A stretch of DNA of 64,000 nt, taken from assembly GCA_041937175.2 (NCBI GenBank), contig CP166615.1:3168001-3232000 (forward strand), in the 5' to 3' direction. The stretch is from Limnothrix sp. BL-A-16. GTDB lineage: Bacteria; Cyanobacteriota; Cyanobacteriia; CACIAM-69d. The notes beneath the pieces were generated by a model, which was not told the origin of the DNA, did not search any database, and saw only the letters and a list, made by a program, of their open reading frames with translations. A program made the translations under genes and the position numbers. This document shows, piece after piece, positions 1 to 9,316 of the stretch. The stretch's first letter is position 1. Each line of letters begins with the position of its first letter.

Positions 1-144
1 ATGGAACTCGAAGCTCGTGCCCAGTTGTCCCAAACCGCCGGTCGCGATCCACTGGAGCAATCTTTTCAAGCCCTAGAATCTAACCAGCGCCTAGAGCGGG
101 ACTTAGAACAACTGAAAGCCCGTCGTCCCCCAGAGCTTCGGTAA
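1..144 (+). CDS. 3' end of PspA/IM30-family protein (partial, truncated by window edge)
   Basis: Frame 1 reads MELEARAQLSQTAGRDPLEQSFQALESNQRLERDLEQLKARRPPELR*, similar to the C-terminal helices of the adjacent Vipp1; pspA-vipp1 tandems are common in cyanobacteria. Confidence 0.7.
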   Translation: MELEARAQLSQTAGRDPLEQSFQALESNQRLERDLEQLKARRPPELR

Positions 145-483
145 TTCAGCAGCAACACAAGTCCGCCCTAGGGCAACTCCCGGCAGCAATTCCCAGCGGC
201 GATTCCCAAACCTCCTAGCCGCCAAAATCCCCGGTCTTGGGCAATTGCACAGGGCCCGGGCCCATCGGCCCCCCAATAGCCGATCGCGGCGGGAGAGCTA
301 ACCGAACTTGCCATGGGCCGCTGATTTTCGGTATCTAGGCTAATAGGACGATCGCAACTGCCGGTCTTGATCACGCGGCCGTTGACCGATGGAGTTGGTA
401 GTTTGGATAAAGCAGTTGGCCTTGGGGCCAAGCTTCCCAATCCCGATCGCTTCCCCGATTTAACCAGCAGGAGAGCCACCGTC

Positions 484-1263
484 ATGGGCCTTTTCGATCG
501 CGTCAGCCGCCTGATTCGGGCCAATGTCAACGACATTGTGAACAAAGCCGAGGATCCCGAGAAAATCCTTGAGCAATCGATCATCGACATGCAAGAAGAC
601 CTGGTGCAAATGCGCCAGGCCGTTGCCCGGGCGATCTCCGCTCAACAAAAAATTCAGCAGCAACATAACCAGGCCCAAAGTGAGGCCAACCTGTGGCGAC
701 AGCGCGCCCAACTGGCTCTCCAAAAAGGCGATGAAAGCTTGGCTCGCGAAGCCCTCAACCGCAAAAAGGTGCAAGAGGAAGCCGCCACCACCCTCAAGGC
801 CCAACTGGATCAGCAAGTGGGAATGGTGGATCAGCTCAAGCGTAATCTGATCGCTCTGGAAGGGAAAATCTCGGAAGCCAAAACCAAGAAAGACATGCTC
901 AAGGCCCGGGCCCAAGCTGCCAAGGCCAACGAGCAACTGCAAGGGGCCCTCAGCTCCATGAACACCGGCAGCGCCATGGCCGCCTTTGAGCGGATGGAAG
1001 AAAAAGTGCTGGAAATGGAAGCCCGTTCCACGGCAGCTTTGGAATTGAGTGGCGCTTCGTTGGAGCAACAATTCGCATCCCTGGAAGCCGGGAGCGATGT
1101 GGATGATGAACTGGCGGCCATGAAGGCACAAATGTTGGGCGGTTCCCCAACGCCAGCGGGGGCCCTGCCGGCCAGCAATGCCGCACCGGCCACGGAGGCA
1201 AAAGACGCAGCGATCGATGCCGAGTTAGAAGCCCTGCGCCGTCAGCTCAACGACACCAAGTAG
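484..1263 (+). CDS. vipp1: Vipp1/IM30 (PspA family, ESCRT-III-like) thylakoid membrane protein
   Basis: MGLFDRVSRLIRANVND..KAEDPEKILEQ N-terminus and the Vipp1-specific C-terminal extension (DAELEALRRQL); ATG at 484. Confidence 0.93.
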   Translation: MGLFDRVSRLIRANVNDIVNKAEDPEKILEQSIIDMQEDLVQMRQAVARAISAQQKIQQQHNQAQSEANLWRQRAQLALQKGDESLAREALNRKKVQEEAATTLKAQLDQQVGMVDQLKRNLIALEGKISEAKTKKDMLKARAQAAKANEQLQGALSSMNTGSAMAAFERMEEKVLEMEARSTAALELSGASLEQQFASLEAGSDVDDELAAMKAQMLGGSPTPAGALPASNAAPATEAKDAAIDAELEALRRQLNDTK

Positions 1264-1310
1264 GCAGGACACCAAAACTGCCAAACCAAAACCGCGATCG
1301 AGTCCGGGCG

Positions 1311-1335
1311 GGGGCGTGCGGCCGTGCGCCCCTAT
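1311..1335. repeat. GTAG-type REP-like hairpin downstream of vipp1
   Basis: GGGGCGTGCGGCCGTGCGCCCCTAT imperfect palindrome resembling the REP arms at 21116/21196. Confidence 0.4.
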
Positions 1336-1477
1336 GCATTGCCCATACAGTGGTGGATCAACGCATTTTGCGACCTAACCCGCAGGCGGCCGCCCCCTCG
1401 AAATATGGCCCTTACCGCCAAGACACCTGTGGATTTAAGATGCAAAAGGCGAATTTTCAGAAGCAAGGACAACGATC

Positions 1478-1825
1478 GTGAGTCAAGTGCGAGTCATTTC
1501 GGATGCCGAATTTGAAAGCGACGTGCTGGGAGCCTCGGGAACGCCCGTTTTAGCGTATTTTTGGGCATCTTGGTGTGGGCCTTGCCGGTTGATGAGTCCG
1601 AGTGTGGAATGGGCGGCGACCACCTGGGGCGATCGGCTTCAGATCGTGAAGTTGGAAGTGGACCCCAACCCCGTCAGCGTCAAACATTGCCAGGTGGAAG
1701 GGGTGCCCGCCCTCCGGCTGTTTCAGGATGGCCAATTGCTGGACACCAGCGAAGGGGCCCTGACCAAGGAAAAGTTGGCGGACTTCCTCACGCCGCATGT
1801 GGGCGCAGTGCCCAGCGCGGTTTAA
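1478..1825 (+). CDS. Thioredoxin
   Basis: FWASWCGPC active site, cis-Pro motif (VEGVPAL), 115 aa. Confidence 0.9.
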   Translation: MSQVRVISDAEFESDVLGASGTPVLAYFWASWCGPCRLMSPSVEWAATTWGDRLQIVKLEVDPNPVSVKHCQVEGVPALRLFQDGQLLDTSEGALTKEKLADFLTPHVGAVPSAV

Positions 1826-1859
1826 GGGACATCGCAGCAGCATCCTGAGGCTTCAATCC

Positions 1860-3077
1860 ATGCAATTTGCCGATCGACTGAAACCGCTGCAATTCAACGT
1901 GTTTGCGGCCATGGATCGGGCGAAGGCAGCAGCGGCTGAAACCCACGAGATTGTGGATTTATCGCTGGGATCGGTGGACTTGCCCACTTCGCCCCACGTG
2001 CTGGCGGCGATCGGGGAAGCGCTTCAGGATCCCAGCACCCACGGCTACCAACTCTTTCGCAATACGGCGGCCTTTCGACAGGCGGTGGCCGATCGCTACG
2101 AGCGGCAATTTGGCCTGGCGATCGACCCGGAAACGGAAGTGCTAGCCCTGATTGGCTCCCAGGAAGGAACCGCTCACTTACCCCTGGCGGTTTTAAACCC
2201 GGGGGATGTGGCCCTGCTGGGCGATCCGGGCTATCCCTCCCACTACGGTGGCGTGCATTTGGCGGGCGGTGAGGTTTATCCCATGCCGCTGTTGGCGCAA
2301 CATGGCTATTTGCCGCAGTTTGACCAAATTCCGGCGGCCGTGGTCGATCGGGCGCGGCTAATGGTGCTGAACTATCCCCACAACCCGACCACAGCGGTGG
2401 CTAACCTGGACTTTTTCCGGCGGGCGGTGGCGTTTTGTCAGCAGCACGGCATCGTGTTGATTCATGATTTTGCCTACGACGGGATGGCCTTTGGCGATCG
2501 CCCGCCGTCGGTGTTGCAAGCGGATCCAGACAAGACGGTTTCGATCGAGTTTTTCACCCTGTCTAAGGCCTTTAATATGGGCGGCTTTCGGGCGGGCTAT
2601 GCGATCGGGAACCGCGACTTGATTGCAGCCCTGCGCAGTGTCAAGGCCGCCGTGGACTTTAACCAATACCAAGGCATTTTCAGGGGGGCGATCGCAGCGC
2701 TTCAGGGGCCCCAAGCCGATGTGCAGGAACGGTTAGAAATTTTTCGCGATCGCCGGGATGCGTTTGTGGCCGCCATGAATCGGATTGGTTGGCCCCTGGA
2801 AACGCCCCAAGCAACCATGTTCGCCTGGGCTAAGTTGCCGCCGCCTTGGGAAAACCAGTCGATCGAATTCTGTAAGCAACTGGTGGCCGCCACGGGCATC
2901 GCCGTGGCCCCGGGGGTGGGCTTTGGCCCTTCCGGTGAAGGCTATGTGCGTTTTGCCCTGGTGCAAACCCCGGAACAGTTGGCGCATTCGGTCGATCGCA
3001 TTGCCACCTTTTTACAAACCGGCTTGCCAGCCGACCACAAAGGTCAGGGCCTGTTGTCACTTCCTGGAATCCAGTAA
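1860..3077 (+). CDS. PLP-dependent class I/II aminotransferase (LL-DAP aminotransferase-like)
   Basis: LNYPHNPT, HDFAY, TLSKAFNMGGFRAG (PLP lysine), GEGYVRFAL; ATG at 1860. Confidence 0.88.
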   Translation: MQFADRLKPLQFNVFAAMDRAKAAAAETHEIVDLSLGSVDLPTSPHVLAAIGEALQDPSTHGYQLFRNTAAFRQAVADRYERQFGLAIDPETEVLALIGSQEGTAHLPLAVLNPGDVALLGDPGYPSHYGGVHLAGGEVYPMPLLAQHGYLPQFDQIPAAVVDRARLMVLNYPHNPTTAVANLDFFRRAVAFCQQHGIVLIHDFAYDGMAFGDRPPSVLQADPDKTVSIEFFTLSKAFNMGGFRAGYAIGNRDLIAALRSVKAAVDFNQYQGIFRGAIAALQGPQADVQERLEIFRDRRDAFVAAMNRIGWPLETPQATMFAWAKLPPPWENQSIEFCKQLVAATGIAVAPGVGFGPSGEGYVRFALVQTPEQLAHSVDRIATFLQTGLPADHKGQGLLSLPGIQ

Positions 3078-3100
3078 AAACGGCTGATCTTCCATACCCT

Positions 3101-3232
3101 AACCACCCTAGACAAGGAGCTTAAGCCCCTTGCCCCTACGATCCAACCACCCTAGACAAGGGGCTTAAGCCCCTTGCCCTTACGATCCGCCAACGGTGGA
3201 ATAAGGGTTTCAGGCGATATGACGACAAGCCC
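3101..3232 (-). repeat. 44-bp tandem duplication containing the 20-bp palindrome, fused to the left half of the MITE (reverse orientation)
   Basis: AACCACCCTAGACAAGG(A/G)GCTTAAGCCCCTTGCCC(C/T)TACGATCC x2 (3101-3188); the reverse complement of 3157-3232 matches the MITE left half GGGCTTGTCGTCATATCGCCTGAAACCC. Confidence 0.8.
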
Positions 3233-3318
3233 TAATCACTGCAAAGGTTAGTCACCACAAAGGTTAATCAACGGCTGAATGATTGCTGAAAGGCAGATTA
3301 ACCTTTTGCCCTCAGTCC

Positions 3319-4503
3319 CTACCAAGGATTGCTGAAAGTGCGCACCGGTCGCCCGCCGATGTTGGATTGGGATGGCTGCGTCACCGGTTCCGGAGCCACG
3401 GCCGGTTGGCTGGGCGGCGGGGCGATCGCGGGGCTGTTGGGAACCGTGTTGTAACCGGCGTTTAAGGGTACACCGGAACCCGTGGAGCCATAGCCTGGCA
3501 TCGGAGCCGTTGGGATTTTGGGCAAAGTGCTGCCCGCCGTTGCCGGGCCGGAGCCATAGCTGGGATAGCCCGTGGGACTGCCAAAGCCGCCATAGTTCAC
3601 ATTGCCGGCCCCAGCATTGGGAACCGCCACATTCGGCAGTGTGGGATTGGTTGTGCCGCTGCCGATGGTGGGAGTTGTGCCGCTGGAACCCGTGACGGGA
3701 ACCGTGGGCGTTGTGGTGTTGGTGCTGCTGCTGGGGGTTGTGCCGCTGGAATCGCTGCTGCCATCACCATTGTTCAGGTAGAGGCGATCGAGCGCCGCTT
3801 GCAGGGGACTCACGGGCTGGCCGGTGGTTGTTCCATTGCCATTGAGCATGGTCGAGCTGCCTCCCACACCGTAGCTGCTGCCATTGGCATTGGCGGCCCG
3901 AGGGTCATTGCTCAAAAATTGATTCACCGCCCTTGGGGCCAAACCACTGCCCTCGCCACCGCGCGATCGACTGCCCACGGGGCCCGCCGAACCACCACTG
4001 AGCAACTGCAAAATATCCGCTAGCTCAGAGTTGGCGTTGTTCGCCGTTTTTTCTTCATCCTGGCGATCGCGTTTATTGCGATTGTTCCGGCGCTGGTTTT
4101 GGGGCAGGGTTAGCTCCGTTGCCAACACATTAGACGAGTCAATATCAGCCGCCACCGAATCATCATCGGGCTGAGACTCCAGAATCGAGAGCCAATCTAC
4201 CTTGTCCGGCTCAGGTTCGGCATTAGTCCAGCGATCGGGATTTTTCCAAAACACCCAAGCCCCCAAGGTTGCCATCGAAATCGCCATGGCCGGCAACCAG
4301 ATGAAGGGTTCGCCCAACCAGCGCAGATTTCTGAGCACCAGCGTTAGGCTGAAGGTTTCGCGCAATTGCGACACCCAACCCTCATGGGTTCCTGGCTCAT
4401 GGGTTCCTGAGTGCGCCTTGTGGCCGTGATGACCCGCCGGGTGATGACTCGATGGGTGATGGCCCGATGAGTGATGGTGATGCTCGGACATAGTTAGGGT
4501 CAC
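3319..4503 (-). CDS. Hypothetical single-pass membrane protein with His-rich N-terminus and long Gly/Ser/Thr/Pro low-complexity tail
   Basis: 394-aa ORF, one hydrophobic segment (FIWLPAMAISMATLGAWVFW). Confidence 0.7.
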   Translation of the reverse strand: MTLTMSEHHHHSSGHHPSSHHPAGHHGHKAHSGTHEPGTHEGWVSQLRETFSLTLVLRNLRWLGEPFIWLPAMAISMATLGAWVFWKNPDRWTNAEPEPDKVDWLSILESQPDDDSVAADIDSSNVLATELTLPQNQRRNNRNKRDRQDEEKTANNANSELADILQLLSGGSAGPVGSRSRGGEGSGLAPRAVNQFLSNDPRAANANGSSYGVGGSSTMLNGNGTTTGQPVSPLQAALDRLYLNNGDGSSDSSGTTPSSSTNTTTPTVPVTGSSGTTPTIGSGTTNPTLPNVAVPNAGAGNVNYGGFGSPTGYPSYGSGPATAGSTLPKIPTAPMPGYGSTGSGVPLNAGYNTVPNSPAIAPPPSQPAVAPEPVTQPSQSNIGGRPVRTFSNPW

Positions 4504-4837
4504 CAGAGCAGGATCAGAGAGTGGTTGGAGAGCGGGTCGGGGCTGGGGAGGCTGAACGAGAGCCGCTGGACGGAGACAGGGTAGAAGCGAGCGAAACCCC
4601 TAGACGAGAACGAGCCTTGGAGCGATGGCTCATTTTTAGGTAACAATTGCTGCTTCCATTCTATCGGGTCTGGCAACCCTGAAGCCAGGGCCTACCCCCA
4701 ACGCCTGGGGCCCGCCCCCTGAAATTCGCCAGTACCCAAACGGAGAACCGACACCAGCGATCGCCCCAAACGGCCCAACCTTGGTTTAGGGTGGCTTCTG
4801 GCTAATCAGTTGCCGGGATTCCCGAAAGGTTTGTTGG

Positions 4838-6577
4838 ATGAAAAACGCATGGGCTTGGATAGGGGCGCGATCGGGCGATCGACGCTGGAGCATGGTGCTC
4901 AGTGGAGCCATGGCGTTGTTTTATGGCTGGCAATCGGTGAAGTGGGCCACCCGCAATCCCTATATCGTGCAAGACGATGTGCGCCAGCATGTGTTTTGGG
5001 CTTTTCGCTACCTGGATCCTGGCCTCTTTCCCGGTGACTGGATTGCTGACTATTACCAATCCGTTGCGCCCCTGGGCTATCAGTGGCTCTATCACGGAGC
5101 CGCCCTCCTGGGCTGGGATCCCCTAACGGTCAGTAAATATTGGCCGGTGATTTTGGGTTTGGTGACCACGGCCCTGACCTGGCGAGTGATGATTCGGCTG
5201 TTGCCCGTGCCTTGGGTTGCCCTGTTGGGTTGCATTTTGGTGAATCAAAGCCTGTGGATGGAGGATGATTTGGCCTCGTCCACGCCGCGAGCCTTTGCCA
5301 CGCCCCTGGTGTTGGCGGTGATGGATGCGCTGCTGAGTCGATCGCTCTGGGGTTGTTTAGGGGCGATCGCCCTCAGTGGTCTGTTTTATCCCATGGTGGC
5401 GGTGGTGGCGGCGGCGGCCTTAGCGGTGAATTTGGGCCGGCGCTGGTGGGCCACCCGTCGGGGGCGATCGCATCCCGAGGCCCTGACTCCCCTGGACTGG
5501 CGCTTGGCGATCGGGGGCATTGCCATGGCGGTTGCGGTGCTGTTGCCGGAATTGCTTACCAGCAGCGAGTTCGGCCCCGTGATCAGCCGATCCCAAGCCG
5601 CCGCCCTGCCGGAATTTAACTTTGTGGGTAATGAATACGGGCGATCGTTCTTTTTTCACCCCAATCCGCTGATTTTTTGGCTGTTTGCCCCCCGTAGCGG
5701 CTTCCTGTGGGTGGGATTTGTGCCCCCGATCGCCCTGGCGGCCTTGGCCTTGCCCCGCTGGTTGAGCCGGCCCGCCCGCGCCCGTCAATTTCCCTTAGCC
5801 AGTAGCCTTTCGCCTCACTTCGCCATGCTGGGCGACTGGGTTTGGGGTGGTTTGGGACTGTTTCTCGCTGCCCATGCCCTGCTGTTTCGGTTGTATTTAC
5901 CCAATCGCTACGGCTATGTGCCCTTGCGGGTGGTGTTACCGGTGGCAGGGGCGATCGCCCTGGGCCTGTGGCTCGATCGGCAAATGCAAGCCACCCAACC
6001 CCAAAAACCGCGTTGGTTCTGGCCCCTGGTGAGCCTTGTTCTCAGCCTGTCGATCGTTGTGCCCATGGTTCCTAACTTAGCCGTGTCCAGCCAATTGCAA
6101 ATGGAAGGACGCATGGCCGAAGTCTATGAATTTCTGCAAAAACAACCGAAGGATATCCTAGTGGTTTCCCTGTCCAAGGAAGCGGATTTCATTCCTATCT
6201 TTGCCCGGCGATCGATTCTCGCCAGCCGCGAATTTGCCCTGCCTTACCATTGGGGCTATTACCGAGTTTTACGTCAACGCATTGAAGATACCATCCGCGC
6301 TCAATACACCAGCAACCTATCAGAGGTGAAAGCTTTCTTGCGGAAATATCAAGTGAATTTCTGGTTATTAGAACCCTGGTCACTCTCAAAGTCTGACTTG
6401 GCGGATAACACTTGGTTACAACAATTTCAGCCGCTCATTCAAGACGTGAGTAACCGACTCGATCGCGGTGAACCCCCAGCTTTGGAACGGGCGATCGCTC
6501 CCTGTTCAGTTCTCGAGAATAAGCGCCTCCAACTGCTCGATGCCCGCTGCATTTTGCAGCTACCATCAGAACCCTAG
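4838..6577 (+). CDS. Polytopic membrane protein, possibly a GT-C-fold glycosyltransferase
   Basis: 579 aa, many TM helices, QDD motif in the first external loop, soluble C-terminal domain. Confidence 0.6.
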   Translation: MKNAWAWIGARSGDRRWSMVLSGAMALFYGWQSVKWATRNPYIVQDDVRQHVFWAFRYLDPGLFPGDWIADYYQSVAPLGYQWLYHGAALLGWDPLTVSKYWPVILGLVTTALTWRVMIRLLPVPWVALLGCILVNQSLWMEDDLASSTPRAFATPLVLAVMDALLSRSLWGCLGAIALSGLFYPMVAVVAAAALAVNLGRRWWATRRGRSHPEALTPLDWRLAIGGIAMAVAVLLPELLTSSEFGPVISRSQAAALPEFNFVGNEYGRSFFFHPNPLIFWLFAPRSGFLWVGFVPPIALAALALPRWLSRPARARQFPLASSLSPHFAMLGDWVWGGLGLFLAAHALLFRLYLPNRYGYVPLRVVLPVAGAIALGLWLDRQMQATQPQKPRWFWPLVSLVLSLSIVVPMVPNLAVSSQLQMEGRMAEVYEFLQKQPKDILVVSLSKEADFIPIFARRSILASREFALPYHWGYYRVLRQRIEDTIRAQYTSNLSEVKAFLRKYQVNFWLLEPWSLSKSDLADNTWLQQFQPLIQDVSNRLDRGEPPALERAIAPCSVLENKRLQLLDARCILQLPSEP

Positions 6578-6584
6578 GGCATAT

Positions 6585-6674
6585 TCATTTCCTTAAATCA
6601 GCGGTATGACAAAGGCTACTAGCTCGATAGATAGCATCAAAAATATCGAAGAAATGGGCATCATCACGATTCAT
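6585..6674 (-). pseudogene. Internally deleted HEPN/HepT (DUF86) toxin remnant
   Basis: Overlaps the MNT stop; reads MNRDDAHFFDIFDAI (DUF86-like start); a shifted frame reads ELVAFVIPLI* (DUF86-like end); no RX4H core. Confidence 0.55.
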
Positions 6675-6981
6675 AAATAATTACTGCGGTACTTAAAATT
6701 TCCTGGCGACGAATCCAGTTGCTACCTTCTTGAATCGCCTCTTTGATGACCAGATCAACAGGGCGATCGAGCAGATCTTCAAGTTGATGCTTGATTCTAA
6801 CGAGGGTCAATAATCCTTGAGGAGCATCGGGTGCGAAGGAAATCAACAGATCAATATCGCTATTTTCTCGAAAGTCTTCTCGCAAAACAGAACCAAAGAG
6901 GGCTAGTTCAGCAATTTTCCATTGCCGACAGACTTCGATCAGCTTCTCCTCAGGAATTGCAAGGCGATTTGTTGGAAACAT
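6664..6981 (-). CDS. MNT minimal nucleotidyltransferase (MntA-type antitoxin)
   Basis: LFGSVLREDFRENSDIDLL (GSX10DXD), 105 aa. Confidence 0.9.
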   Translation of the reverse strand: MFPTNRLAIPEEKLIEVCRQWKIAELALFGSVLREDFRENSDIDLLISFAPDAPQGLLTLVRIKHQLEDLLDRPVDLVIKEAIQEGSNWIRRQEILSTAVIIYES

Positions 6982-6982
6982 C

Positions 6983-7549
6983 CTAACTAAAAATATCGGC
7001 GACTTTCAAGGTGAAATCAGCAAATAGGGGCGAGGTTAATTCGTCTTCGGCGAAGAGGGTGAAAACGAGTTCTAAACGGGCTTGCGATCGCCGATAGATC
7101 TCAACGGTTTGTTGTTGCCAATCCACGATCCAATATTCCCGCACCCCGACTCGGGAGTAGAGCTTGAGTTTCACTTGGCGATCGCGCGCAATGTCTTGGG
7201 GTGCTTGGGAAATCACCTCAACAACTAACTCAGGAGCCGCCGTGAAATGCCCCGCTTCATCAACGCAGCTTGCGGCTTTTTCATCGCTGATCCAAATCAA
7301 ATCGGGGATGACGTTTGCTTCTCCCGCAAAAATTAACCCCGGTGTTTGTAGGGCTTCTCCAGTGCGATTGTCTGAGTCTTGGGTGGGGAGCGATCGGCAG
7401 AGGCACGTTAATACTCGCTGGTGTTTCCAGTGGGGGGCGCGGGTCACGTATAGGTCTCCGTCGATGATTTCGTAGCGATCGCCGGTGTCGGGGAAGAGTG
7501 CTAAATCGGCGGTTGTCCACGGATTTTTCGGGTCAGCATTGGCAACCAT
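6983..7549 (-). CDS. Uma2 family (DUF820) PD-(D/E)XK endonuclease
   Basis: RYEIIDG, PDL, APELVVEVIS, KLKLYSRVGVREYWIVD. Confidence 0.92.
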   Translation of the reverse strand: MVANADPKNPWTTADLALFPDTGDRYEIIDGDLYVTRAPHWKHQRVLTCLCRSLPTQDSDNRTGEALQTPGLIFAGEANVIPDLIWISDEKAASCVDEAGHFTAAPELVVEVISQAPQDIARDRQVKLKLYSRVGVREYWIVDWQQQTVEIYRRSQARLELVFTLFAEDELTSPLFADFTLKVADIFS

Positions 7550-7640
7550 GGGGGTTCACGCTGGGTAGGTAGCAGCGGTGCTGGGGCGTTATGTTGATTG
7601 TACTGACTGGGGCAGGGCGATCGTAGCGGGCATCGGTTTT

Positions 7641-7976
7641 CTAAGCTGCGCCGTAGTTGGTGTATTGGCGTTTGTAGGGTGGTTGGAGACCGAGAATAAT
7701 GTCTTCTCGGGGGACACCCATCGCGATTAATTCTTCGGCGGGATTTTGGTCGGTTAGGTTTTGTTGGAGCCAGATTTTGCCGTCTTTGATGTCGAAATGA
7801 ATGATGCAGTGATAGACGCGGTTGAACTCTTGCCAACCGACGTTCATCCATTGGTAATGGTCGCGATCGCTATCAAAGATCAATTGCACTTCGACGTTTT
7901 CTGCTACGGGATCATCTTGGGCATATTGGCTCAGTAGGGTTTGAATATATTGTCGGTATTGGGCTATTTTTTCCAT
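7641..7976 (-). CDS. xisI: XisI protein
   Basis: FDSDRDHYQWMNVGW..HFDIKDGKIWLQQNLT..GVPREDIILG. Confidence 0.92.
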   Translation of the reverse strand: MEKIAQYRQYIQTLLSQYAQDDPVAENVEVQLIFDSDRDHYQWMNVGWQEFNRVYHCIIHFDIKDGKIWLQQNLTDQNPAEELIAMGVPREDIILGLQPPYKRQYTNYGAA

Positions 7977-8380
7977 TGGATGATCCTCTCCTGAGCTGGA
8001 TCGTAAACAACAATTGAGACTTGATACCGCTCTACGGCTGCCTGAGTGAATTCGTATTGAAAAAATGTTTGGTAAGAATCAACTGGAACGGCTAGATAGA
8101 GGGTTCGTTCTGGTTCGATCGATTCTAGGGCAAGGCGATAGCTGAGGAATTGGCCGAGAGCAGCATAGAAGTCTGTGACGGCGGAAGGGTTCAGAAAGCT
8201 TTTGATTTCGACGGCGATTTTTTCACCGGATCGTTCTGCGGCGAGTAGTCGTTCTGCGGCGAGATCAACGCGAAAGTTAACATTGCCAAATTTGAATCTG
8301 AGGGGATCATCAGTAATCACCCATTGTTCTTTTTCTAGGGCGTGTTTAACGGCTTCGTGGAACAGATCTTTGGCAGCCAT
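7964..8380 (-). CDS. xisH: XisH family protein
   Basis: MAAKDLFHEAVKHALEKEQWVITDDP..IAVEIKSF..ALGQFLSYR; overlaps xisI. Confidence 0.92.
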   Translation of the reverse strand: MAAKDLFHEAVKHALEKEQWVITDDPLRFKFGNVNFRVDLAAERLLAAERSGEKIAVEIKSFLNPSAVTDFYAALGQFLSYRLALESIEPERTLYLAVPVDSYQTFFQYEFTQAAVERYQVSIVVYDPAQERIIQWKK

Positions 8381-8540
8381 AGACGTTGGGCAGAGTTACC
8401 GAATTTTAGCATTCCGATCCGGCTGCGTCTGGGTTTGAGGCAGGGCGATCGCTTGCTCCGGTTGGCGGTTAGCTAAAATGGTGGGGAGCTAGTTTAGCGC
8501 TGTCGAGGTTGGGGATACATTCACGGGTTGGAGGTTGTCG

Positions 8541-8783
8541 ATGCAAATCACGATTACTTTGCCGCCGGATTTGGAGGGATATTTGCTGCGTCAGGCGGCT
8601 CAGACTGACCTTCCTTTGCCGTTGATTGTGCTACAGATTCTTCGGCAACTGATCCAGATGCCACCGGGTGTTACGACTCAGTGGCCGGAGGCTGTTTTGA
8701 ATTATGAGCCAGATCCCGATTTCCCTGAGTTTGAGTCCTATCGTAATGAGTTGATTGATCCCCAAGAAATAGAGTTATTTTGA
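8541..8783 (+). CDS. Putative antitoxin of the downstream VapC toxin
   Basis: Small acidic ORF with beta-strand/helix N-terminus; TGATG coupling to the PIN gene; ATG at 8541 (TTG at 8535 possible). Confidence 0.7.
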   Translation: MQITITLPPDLEGYLLRQAAQTDLPLPLIVLQILRQLIQMPPGVTTQWPEAVLNYEPDPDFPEFESYRNELIDPQEIELF

Positions 8784-9190
8784 TGCGCTATCTTTTGGAT
8801 ACTTGCGTCATCAGTGACTTTGTTAAGGGTGATGCACCAACAATAATTCGGTTTCGGAATACGCCCCCGACGGATATTGCAATTTCGGCAATTACGGTGA
8901 TGGAGTTACGTTATGGTTTGGCGATTAATCCACAACGCGCAGGGAAGGTTGAACCAATAATTTCTGACATTCTGGCATCTGTAACCATATTGCCATTTGG
9001 ACTGGCTGAAGCGGAAAGATCGGCTGAGGTTCGGGCTATTTTGAAATCACAGGGTCAACCGATCGGGGCTTATGATGTGTTGATTGCGGCGACGGCGCTT
9101 GCACATCAATTAATTATGGTGACTGCTAATCAGCGAGAGTTCGAGCGAGTTCCTGGGCTATCGATTGAAAATTGGCGACAGGCAGATTAG
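8783..9190 (+). CDS. vapC: VapC family PIN-domain toxin
   Basis: YLLDTCVIS, ITVMELRYG, IGAYDVLIAATA, VTANQREFERV. Confidence 0.92.
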   Translation: MRYLLDTCVISDFVKGDAPTIIRFRNTPPTDIAISAITVMELRYGLAINPQRAGKVEPIISDILASVTILPFGLAEAERSAEVRAILKSQGQPIGAYDVLIAATALAHQLIMVTANQREFERVPGLSIENWRQAD

Positions 9191-9316
9191 GGATTACTGA
9201 AGTGTTTCTAGAACTCAACAAAATTTTATCACTTTAGTATTTTTATTTGGTGGTTTGTTGTGCCAGGTTTAGGGCAGTGTTTTGGTGACTATCCACCGAG
9301 GGATTGAGGCGGCCTC

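Noticed and set aside
7641..8380. xisH/xisI as evidence of an fdxN-type excision element
   Set aside because: No XisF-like recombinase or interrupted gene is visible; xisHI pairs are widespread as stand-alone modules in cyanobacteria.
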